A stretch of 62,001 bases of DNA, filler included, from Choristocarpus tenellus KU-1152 (lineage: Eukaryota; Protista; Phaeophyceae): the NCBI GenBank assembly GCA_964200185.2. It is 11 parts of 11 records of this genome, joined end to end, with 100 filler letters (N's around TTAATTAATTAA, not from the genome) between each part and the next. Parts side by side here need not be neighbours in the genome. Positions count along the whole stretch, not along the records: positions 47,017 to 58,473 come from CAXNAD020002305.1; positions 58,574 to 62,001 come from CAXNAD020020097.1; 9 more parts are not named here. One strand, 5' to 3'. Numbering within the stretch: position 1 is the stretch's first letter; every line of letters starts with the position of its first letter. The notes under the pieces are model-generated. The model ran no database searches. It had not been told where the DNA came from and saw only the letters and a program-made list of their open reading frames with translations. This document shows, piece by piece, positions 52,056 to 62,001 of the stretch. A program made the translations under genes and the position numbers.

Positions 52056-52357
52056 GTTGCAAGACCGCATGGACTTTGTGCAGTCGCTTGACGGCCACAC
52101 TATGAGCGATCATACTGTGACTCGTGTTGTCGGCATGAAGGGAAGGCACGAATGTTGCAAGACCGCATGGACTTTGTGCAGTCGCTTGACGGCCACACTA
52201 TGAGTGATCATATTGTGACTCGTGTTGTCGGCATGAAGGGAAGGCACGAATGTTGCAAGACCGCATGGACTTTGTGCAGTCGCTTGACGACCACACTATG
52301 AGCGATCATACTGTGACTGTGACTCGTGTTGTCGGCATGAAGGGAAGGCACGAATGT
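52056..52357. repeat. 98-bp tandem repeat, 3 near-identical copies, inside a transposase intron
   Basis: GTTGCAAGACCGCATGGAC... starts at 52056, 52154 and 52252. Confidence 0.95.
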
Positions 52358-55300
52358 GACATAATGTGTCGACCATATCTATTGCCTTGGTGGAATTATA
52401 TGTGTTAGCAAGGGACTCGTGGGTGTAGAGTGTCGCAAGTTGCAAACAGGTATCAATTATTTTGAGTGGGGAAAATCATACACGTGAGAGGGGTGGTATC
52501 TGTCCATGTAGCATACGCAGTAAATGCGGTCGACGTTGTAACATGAAAGGAAACAAAATCTTGAAGTTTAGGGTTGGTTTACCGATTGGCAGACTCATTT
52601 TAAATCGAGGTTGGTGGTTGCAAGTGTGCACGGACGGTGTGCGGTTCGTGAATAAATGCATGTGTGTATTTATCATGTGATCTATGGTGTCAACGCGAGG
52701 GAAGGTGTGGATGTGACATAATGGGTCAACGATGTGTATTGCGTATTTAGTGTATGATTTATGAAGGAACAGGAGGGTGCAGATCGATGCGAGTGGCAAG
52801 GATGGATCAAGTCCAGGGGGGCGGGGAGAATCGTGTATGTAGTGTATGTGGTATGTGTTCCTCTTACAAGCGATGGGTATATTGTCAACGTTGGCGCTGG
52901 GAAGAAAGAGGAAATCCTCATTTTTGCGCGAGTTTACCGATTGGCAGACTTCTACGAGAAAAGGCGGTGATGGTTGTACGCGTGTATGGACAATCTGTAC
53001 AGTCATTTCACAAGTGCAATTGTGTTATTTTGACGCGACAAGTCGTGTCGATGTGAAGGGAGTGATGGGTGTGGCATAAGTTCCAACGATGTGTATGTTG
53101 TGTGTTTCTTATATACGTGGGCAAGGGGTGTACGTGTTGGGGTTGTCGCCAGTGGTAAATAGAGGCCGAACTTTGTGAGTGTGTGTGTGGGGGGGGGAGG
53201 TTGTCGTGTGGAGTGTGACTACCTTTGTGACAATTGTCTGCCCGGGAGGAATCTATTGACATTTGCGGTAAGCGCCCCTCTTCCTCTGGTGTCGGATCCC
53301 TCAAGGTGTACTGAGTTTTGGTTGCCTTGATAGTATCCACTAGAGATGCGGTTCCCGGCATGTGCACTCCGTGCAGTTCCAGTCTCCTGGCGGTAGACAT
53401 CACCACAGCCCCAACTCCATCAGACAAGGACTTGCCGTGACATGAGGCAAAGAATTGTGTACCACGGATGGGATAAAGACTGTGAAACCCACCACATCTG
53501 CCATCTGTTCTTGAATTGACTCCCATAGCCATCAGACGAGATGTGAAGGACCTCTTGAGTCTGTCCGTATTCACTGGCTAGAGGTATTAGGCGGTCCTTC
53601 ACCGGCATCTCCATGACATTCTGGACGAACTCGTTGTCCTGGCTTCGGTCTTCACTGCACACTGTCATGCTGTGAGCCCAAACCCTTCCATTCCCGAGAT
53701 ATCCCTCTTCTCTGAAATCCGTCAACCACCAGACAATGGTCAGAAGCGCCGTAAGGAATAGGTTGAAGAACTCTTGTTTTGTCAAGTCCTGGTGGTTGTG
53801 TTGCAGGTGGGCGCTGAAGACCACGGACAAGGCGGCATGTCCTTTGGGTAGGTGGGCTATGCAGTGCTTGTATTGTTGCGCCTGCCAAATGGTGGTGTTG
53901 TGATGAAGGAAGAAGCTTTTCGCGAAGTTAGCGAATATGACCTTTAGGAGTGTGGGGAATACCTCTGTCCTTGGGAACAGCACCTGCATGGAACGGGCGA
54001 GGTGGTCTCGTATCGGGAGTTGTTGCTGGTGGTCGTAGGTCGGTGATTCGGGCTGAGTTCTCTGGTGTAACCGATTATGTACGGTGCTGTGGGAGGGAGT
54101 ATCTGGTGGTTGTTTGACCAATACACCATGTGTGAGACACATGCAATGTACAGCGTAACTATTATTGGAATGAAAATGTCGCTCTCACCTTTCACCTCCG
54201 ACTGCATTTATCCGTGGGCTCTGTGGTGTCTTCGTCATCGTTATCCTCGGTCCTGTTCCTCCTGAGGTCGGGGGCGGACTCTCCTTCCAAGCACTTAGCG
54301 ATAATCAAATTGTCAGTCATGAGATTGTCAGCCCTCAGCTCCGCATATTTTTCGGTGATCAACTTGATCATGTCGTCTTTGGTGGTCCCGCTTGGGTTGG
54401 TGATGCCAAGTCTAGACGACAGCGCCTGTGCGGCAGTGTAGGCGGGTATGTATACATATAGCTATATTGCAGCATGAGTGTGTGGTCTGGATGTTTACAC
54501 CGGGGTCTGGTCGACACATTGCACACGTTGCTGCGTCGGTCCTGTACCCGCCGTGAGGATGGAACCAGACAGATTCGTCTTCAAAACTTAATTGGTTGGT
54601 GAATGTTTGGATAAGGCCCACCTTTAATTCCTGGCAAGTCTTTTGTTGCAGATCCGCCTCCACCACGAGGATGTACGCGTGGACGAATTCGTTCCATGTG
54701 ACATGGGTGCTGTCAGAGTCTAACATACAAGGTCACTTCCACGTGGGATGAGATTTCCAGTTGCACAGGTAACATGTACTGTCGACACAGGAATGTTTTA
54801 AACCGCCCAAGGAACCGCCAGAGGACGGTTCGCTGAGGGGTTGCAGAGCGGTCCTGTCGCATCTGTTTGGTTTTGATCAGTCCATGAGCAGTTTTTGTTG
54901 TCAGTGTGGATGTTTGAGTAGCGGATTGAACGTCACTAGTGGAGTCTGACTGTGACTGCAGTACATATGTAGAGTACGTAGTGAAACGGTTTGGGGGTGT
55001 GTACGGTGGTGTATGTATCTTTAGTGGCCTCATTATTTTGGATACCATTACAGCTCGTCGCGATAACACATTCGCCACGTCAAGGATGTGGTTTGGAAGA
55101 CAAGCTTACAAGAGGAAGGCCATTAGATGAGCACCACTTTCGAGTGCGGTGTCCACTTCTTTAGGCCCGCATCCTTTGCCTTTGTCGCAGAATTCGCATG
55201 TGCATGCGCAAGCACGTTGTCCATCATCGCGAAAGCTCATTCTCGTATGTACTTTCTTCCAGTTCTCTCTTAGGCACAGAACTGGAGGTCGGCGGCCATA

Positions 55301-57581
55301 TGGTGGATGCAAACGCATGATCTGTGTTGTGCGTTAGAGTGGAGGGAGGAATGCTATCGGTGTGTTATCCTCCCTTGTGTGTGGACACTGATGATGCAGT
55401 ACGTGACTGGCTATCCTGTGACGGTTAGGAAACGTAGAGTTGCCCGGTCGCCACTGTAGCGTGTACCCCAAAATACGACTATTTCGGCACATACCTTGGC
55501 GTGGCCTTTGAAATGTAGAACGGTCTCCACTTCACCAATGTTGACAGACTGGGTATTGGTCCTGACGTCCCCTCCTGTTCGAATCTCTCTTTTAAGTTGG
55601 CATAGACATCCTCATCTGTCCCAATCTGTGACCTGCTGTGACGTCGGTTGCACCATGTGTACGTAGTGTAATGTCACAGTTTTGTTGGAGGGTGAACATG
55701 TTACACACTGATTAATCCATGACGTGTCGAGGGTGGATACACGCAATATTTGTGAGGATGACACTCGCTAGTGTTGAGTACCTCTGAGCATGCTGTTGGC
55801 ACAGTACATCCGGATGGCAAACTCTCTTGTTCGTATGCGGGTCTAAGTAGTGCATTCCCTGGGTGGGATCATTAGATGTGACCGGATCGTGGGGCATGGC
55901 GGTGCTGTTGCTCACCCACACGGTGATACCCAGAACATGTGTATCAGGACGCTGTACATGGAACTGTCGTGAGGAGTTGTCCCTTCTCACGTCGAATACC
56001 CTTGGTCTGCTGTTTTGTGTGAGTAGTAACGATGGTAGATATGGAGCCTGTGTCGGTTGTGCAGCAGAATATGAGATATCATCCGGGCATCCCTGTTAGA
56101 AATGAAACGGTTTTCTATATACAGTGGATGTGTTCGCCCGGGGGGGAAGTTTTGTGTGGTCACACTGTTGGTGGTTGCGGGAAACGAACTTCCATACCTG
56201 TGGGCTGTGCCTTGAGTAAAGTTGTGAGCGGCGTGTATGTTTGAGCTGGGAGAGAAGCCCCCAGCATCATCTGCAGCCGATTCGGATGGGCTCGCCTGTC
56301 GCCGCATGTCTCGCAGGAATTCCGTGCGTTTTTCGGCGGATGACTTTAGTGTGTCGATGCTGATGTCGTACTTTTTTGCTGTGACAGACAGAAGTGGTTG
56401 AAACGTGGATGTCACCCCATCATCGCCTATTTCGACATCAGGAACGGTGCCGACGAGGATGGATTTGTACACCTGGCGTGTATGCTCGGTGCTAAGATCT
56501 TTCTTTACACTTTGGAGGAATGTGTAAACCTGGAGATCAGGCGTTGACTCGCGTTGTTCCCGACCCAACGTAACTCGCACCGCACTTGCCAACGGTGCAA
56601 AATCTGCTCTTCTCATCCAACAACCAAGAGACAAGGTTGTTCCAAGTGCGACCGCTTCCTTCTATCTCTTCTGAGGCATCATGGTTGACAAACATGAAGA
56701 GGAAGAGGTCCATTATCTGGTCCGTTTGGGATTTCTTCCACGAACGGGCAGCACTAGTCTTGGGCAGTCTCGTTAGTCCCCGTCTCCTTAGTGGGATCCG
56801 AAGGAGGTCACGATATAAGTTGGGTGGGTTTGTATCCTTTGACACTAGTGATCGATCCTCATCATGCGAACATAAGTAATACTGCATCTTTCTTCGGGGA
56901 AAGGTGCTTGCATAATGTTTGGTCACGAGATGCTCCACGGAAAAGGGCCGTGGTGGATGACACCTCACTTTGGAAGCATGGAGAAGGGTGTGTTTGATGC
57001 ATCAACAACCGAAACTGCCCCGATTAGATTCTCCTGAAAATGTGTGCGTTGCATATGCGGTCAATCGCGAGCGACATACAAAAGGTAACGAAAACGTACG
57101 ATGAAGCAAGTAGGACGAAGTGACTGGGGGTAGTTTGTCGAACGGTACAAAGTGTGTTTTGGTATGATTTTTTTTTGTTGGGAAGCACTTGACAGGTGCA
57201 TGGTGGGTGTCGCCCCTGACACCATTAGCTCATGTATGTATCACAATGGACGTGTTCTGACGAACGGTTAACTAATATGTACGATGGATTTTGTGGAAGG
57301 GATATTGAACGTTACATGTGACGTAGGTCAACACATAGCCCCACATACATGCGCATACCATCGTATGAACCCCTTGCTCTATGGGAGATATGAGATAGCG
57401 ATTGAGTTTTGTGGTGAGTCCAGGACGATGGTTTGGGGGGGGGTGGATCGAAAAAGTTAGTATGTCGACCGAAGCAACTTTCGCCACAATTTGTTGTGGA
57501 ACAATGTTCGGCAAAAATGACATGATGTCATTGACTTGAAATAGGTTTTATGTGGACAGCCGCAATGTTTGCTGTACTTTG

Positions 57582-57826
57582 GAGTGAAAGTATCTTAGAG
57601 GGTACGAGTTTTTCCCTGTTTGTCCATTTGGGGCTTGACTTCCCAAGGGTTTTAATGACATTTCACCTTCTCCAAAATGTTTCGGAGTATGTAAAATGTG
57701 TATATTATGAAAAGGTGCGTCCACAACATGGATATTGGCATCTCCTAACAAACATGATGCCCAGAATTACATCAACATTGTTCCCCCAAAATGGACGCGA
57801 CCCTTCCCTCTAAGATGCTTTGGCTC
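57582..57826. mobile_element. Sola2-like MITE, subfamily A
   Basis: GAGTGAAAGTATCTTAGAGGGTA...TTCCCTCTAAGATGCTTTGGCTC with an internal sequence homologous to the other A copies. No clear TSD. Confidence 0.85.
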
Positions 57827-57837
57827 TATCAAGATTT

Positions 57838-58473
57838 TTAGATTCAATGTCCTGTGGTTATTTGTGCTCCCAACCGTGTACATACCACCTGTCCATGGTG
57901 GAGATTCCAGCATTTTTAGATTCGATTTCCTGTGTTTATTTCTGCTCTCAACTATGTACACGCCACCTGTCCATGCTGGTGATACCTGTGTCTTTAGATT
58001 GGATGCCCTGTAATTATTTGTGGCTCCAACCATGCACACACCACCTGTCCACGGTTGTGATACCTGTGTCTTTAGATTCGATGCCCTGTAATTATTGGTG
58101 CTTCCAACCGTGCACACACCACCCGTCCATGGTGGGGTTATCACCATTTGGTAGATTGGATGCCCCGTAATTACTTGTGGTCCCAACCGTGTACACACAA
58201 CCTGTCCATGGTGGTGATTCCAGCATTTTTTGATTCGATGCCGTGTAATTATTTGTGCTCTCAACCATGTACACCCGATCTGTCCATGCTGGTGATATCA
58301 CTATTTTGTAGATTGGATGCCCTGTAATTATTTGTGGCTCCAACCATGCACATACCACCTGTCCACGGTTTTGATACCTGTGTCTTTAGATTGGATGCCC
58401 TGTAATTATTTGTGCTCCCAACCGTGCACACACCACCCGTCCATGGTGGGGTTATCACCATTTGGTAGATTGG
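57838..58473. repeat. 78-79-bp tandem array, ~8 units, running into the contig end
   Basis: TAGATT(C/G)GATGCCCTGTAATTATTTGTG...CCAACC.TG.ACA.ACCACCTGTCCA recurs at ~57838, 57916, 57994, 58072, 58151, 58229, 58308 and 58386. Confidence 0.95.
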
Positions 58474-61278
58474 NNNNNNNNNNNNNNNNNNNNNNNNNNN
58501 NNNNNNNNNNNNNNNNNTTAATTAATTAANNNNNNNNNNNNNNNNNNNNNNNNNNNNNNNNNNNNNNNNNNNNCCCCCCCCCGAGATACTTTGGGTCATT
58601 ATTAAACCAAATTGTTATTGCACTATTCAGAAAATGAGTCAATACAATCAAACCTTAGCATTTATTAGCTGGGTCTTGTTCTTGTAAGTGGTTGAAGTGA
58701 GGAAGGACTTCCGAGAAATTTCATGTGACAAATCACATATTATGGTACCTAATTTCTATTTGGATGGGATGGTTACCTGTTGTTGATTGGTGTAGGAGGA
58801 AACCGTGCGTAATTGACATCACCAATCGTTTTATATTTTACCTTCCGACTTCGTACAATCATGTCCTTTCTCACAGCAACAACTCACGAAACAAAACCCC
58901 ATTCTTGGCACCGCCTTAGTCTTCAATACGATTGGGGTGAGAGAGGCTATGGGACAATCTATGAGCAGGAACAGTTGCTAACAGTAATAATAATAAATCA
59001 CCAATGCGTCACATTGAGCGGACTGGGCCGATTCATGGACATGTAAGAAAAAATGTATTGTGATACCCTTCCCCCTCAATGAAACACTTACGACCCACAC
59101 AACAGAGAGATAAGTCTACTACCATCCTTATTTCCAAATTTGAGGTAGATTGATCTTCTCATGGTAGAGACAAAACAGGTGGTCATAAGCAAGCTCATTC
59201 TTTCCTCAGTCATCAAATAATGTATGATACGATGCTTCTTAGAAGTACGTACGAAAATATAACCAACGCAGGCTCCGTTGAACAATGTTATTATTATTGT
59301 TGGAAATATAATACACCTTGCACTATATGTGCTCCATGCCGCTATCACTAATGTCTAATCTTTCAATACTATTTTTTTAATATTTGCAGCTAGCTTCTGG
59401 TACTTTGTACTGTAGAGCTCTACGACCAACTAACAATCAACTATGATGCGCTTGAAATAATACAGGGGTACTTTACTACTCCACCCTAATCAGTACAACC
59501 ACATTCCCACTTCACCTTGTCATGGTGGTGATACTAATCCAACCTCAAATGCGACACTTTCACTAGCACCCATCTTAGGTACTTCTTCAAAGAAAGACAG
59601 TGAAAATCGCATACCAAGACTCCTCCTACTGTAGCTCCCCTGCCTTCACCTCTCATGTGTGTTAACCTTGTCATCAGAAAATATCACTCTATTCATTGTC
59701 TGTGTGCTGCGTCTTGTCCTTCAGAGTTTTATCCACCGTGTGCATGCACGAGTGCATTGCAAATCCCAACTGTAATGCACCGAATCTCCATACTCACATG
59801 GCCAGCCATCAAGTGAGGAGTACAACGCTGATGCTACTGTGCAATACGTTAAATTTTAAGCGAGCAAAGATTGTCCAGGCAAAAGGCACAGTACGCTCCT
59901 ACTATCTCCCTCCTACAAAACACATCCCCTTCACAAATATCGCTGTTCCCGTTTCACACACACACATCGATGGTCTACGTCAGCACAAATAATATCAGTA
60001 AACAGAAAAAAAAGTTATTGCCATGCCTCCCTTCGATCCGCATCTCATGCCAGTACTTGTCGCATCACACAAATATAAAAAAAAATAATCATTTTGGTCG
60101 TCCCAAGGTGAAATAATGCAACGCCTCTCCCGAAAGGGCGGGCTCAATGTTCCCAATGACCCTCAGAGATTATCCCTCGCCCTCTGCCTCTCTTCCCCTC
60201 ACCATCCCTCCCAACCAGGGGCCCTTGTTGTATGCCTCTGAAGATGGGCATGGTGATTGTGTGAAAGATGATGTGGCACTGGTGGCGATCGTCCATGAAA
60301 GTCAATGCCCTGCTTTTTTCCCTTGCTGTCATCGCTTAGAAGACCAAAATCGGTTGGGTTGTGATCATCCTCCTCTGAAAGAGATGCAGTTGTGGAGTGG
60401 AAACCAGCACGCCTAGCAGCTGATGAAACCAATAAGAAGATGTCCACCCCCCACCCACCCCCGCCCCCCCACCCCCATCCCACGAGATGTTGATTGAATG
60501 GTGAGATTATATATGAGGAAGGCGGTACACGACCAGAGGAGTAATGATGTCAAGATTCAATGGAAATAGGTGAGTATTGTGAGAAATATTACTGCTAGGG
60601 GTTGCTCTTCTCAATAATTATTCATGATGAGCAGTATGTTCATATTTTCAAGTGTGTTGTGTTGTGTTGTAGATCAACGTCTAAGAACAACTTTTGTGCA
60701 TGTATGTCTCCATCTTCATCTGCATATATGCATGTGTTGATGTCACAGGAACTCAAAAGATGAGGGAAGGGGTGCCTACTGCTTGTAGCCGAGCTGGAAT
60801 TCAACAAGAATAAGGCCCAAGCGGATTTTGTACGCTTGTGAATCAGCATGTCTCCGGTGCAATCAGCAACAAACTAGGCAGCCTTCCACCTAAGCAAGAA
60901 CACAATAACAATCCCTTGTGCTGAGCACAAAACTTCTAAATTTATGGAAACTGTGCATTGAAGACTAAGACGTCGCATCTTTGCCTGACAGCATATCTTT
61001 ATCCCATGATGGTTGCTTTTTTTGTATCATAGGGAGACGGCCTTCACAAAGAATTTCAGAAATAATCCAATTGCATGCACTTGTTGTTTGTTGCCTAGGT
61101 AAGATGTCAAGTAGTGCATGTTGGAATTCAATCCCAGATCCATTAAATGATCATTGCAAACCTGTCGCCACTCTCCTCCCCTCTTACACAGTTTAACATC
61201 CCTTGCATCACCTATCTTGTTCCACTGAAGCCCTCGATTCTTTTGAGCCCTAAGGAGGGCGTCTGATTTTATACCTAC

Positions 61279-61392
61279 CAGCACATCCATGGCCTTGATG
61301 TCAGCCTTGAGACGCGAGAGGGCAGCTTTGCCCTTATGCAGCTTCTTGACAGAGCAAATCTCCTCCCCTGTCTTCAGTAGTCTCATTTGCAG
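61279..61392 (-). CDS. Probable exon of an uncharacterised gene (further candidate exons near 60200-60320 and 59092-59155)
   Basis: cttgtag|LQMRLLKTGEEICSVKKLHKGKAALSRLKADIKAMDVL|gtagg. No domain recognised. Confidence 0.3.
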
Positions 61393-62001
61393 CTACAAGA
61401 AAGGCGTCAAAGCGAGGAAATGGAGATTTGGTTGCAGTTTTGGTTGCTGGTGATGAGGAAAACGTCTTGTTACAGGCGCAGAAAAAGTATACGGTTTCAT
61501 GGAAACTTACTGCCGCCCTTAGGAGTGTTTTGTGTGTGATGTGGAGCGATTGTCTAGGAAGAAATGCCTTTCTACTTTTACTTGATTGATCCAAGAGGTC
61601 TTGATGATTTGTGAATATGGTAGTACAAGTTTTATAATGAAGTACTTGAAGGGAAAGAACTAAAATGTCATTTCTAATCTTCTGGCATGATTGTAGAACC
61701 CCCTAAGCAGTTCCAATCTCATTTCGACGATCAATCATCGTGCTAAGGTACGTGCATAGCCTAATCAAAACAATATGGTGGTTGAAGAATGTTCGTGAGA
61801 GAGGCCACAGAGCAAAAGGAATATCTCAAACGTCTTGAGTACTGTCAAGGGTACAAGATTGTCCAACCCTCCCTATTCCCTACTAGAAGTAGGGAGGGGC
61901 GAGTAGTGATAGACTTCACACACGAGCCACTTTCCTATCTATAAGAGGAGAAAAAGACAGAGCCAAAGTATCTGGGGGGGGGGGAAGGGGTCTACCCCAG
62001 G

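Larger units (their letters stand above)
49650..57000 (-). mobile_element. Decayed, intron-containing Sola2-like DDD transposase gene of an autonomous element
   Basis: Ordered motifs: WRPFYISKATPR|SCVCIHH; HH..IWQAQQYKHCIAHLPKG..ALSV(V)FS; SEDRSQDNEFV; ISSDGYGSQFKN; FFASCHGKSLSDGVGAVV; GIKSIH...LSCYCTNC...C. Several stops and frameshifts are present, and the first catalytic Asp position reads Val. Confidence 0.82.

Noticed and set aside
55388-55434. CTGATGA...GAAAC as a hammerhead ribozyme core
   Set aside because: Stem II does not close directly onto GAAA, and I could not find stems I and III.
57838-58473. CRISPR-like or repeat-protein reading of the 78-bp array
   Set aside because: The whole unit is repeated, there are no unique spacers and no cas genes, and the context is eukaryotic.

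Overview
This is eukaryotic, intron-rich genomic DNA, not one continuous locus. Eleven short contigs are joined by artificial 100-bp linkers (44 N + TTAATTAATTAA + 44 N). The gene content points to a flagellate photosynthetic stramenopile, probably a brown alga or close relative (inference): a plastid-type ATP/ADP transporter, ciliary TMEM231 and EFHC/DM10 genes, an NB-ARC relic, DIRS/Ngaro-like tyrosine recombinase relics and TTAGGG tracts. Partial spliced host genes were reconstructed by hand: arginyl-tRNA synthetase 3' end, TMEM231, an Smr-domain protein, an AGTRAP-like membrane protein, a B-lectin protein, a SPCA/PMR1 Ca/Mn P-type ATPase, a Mut-7/EXD3-like exonuclease, NTT, a PA14/filamin protein and EFHC. 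The dominant unexplained structure is a Sola2-like DNA transposon system. It comprises a ~7.5 kb decayed, intron-containing transposase gene (with an extra HEH/Rho-N-like module) and at least 14 full or partial MITE copies in three subfamilies sharing the terminal core (G/C)AAAGTATCT. One MITE landed exactly on the AG|GT donor of the EFHC gene with an AGGT target duplication. Its GAGT...ACTC termini turn it into a cleanly removable GT-AG unit (introner-like or recursive splice site). Another MITE has inserted into the transposase itself. All family assignments come from motif recognition by eye, not from database searches.
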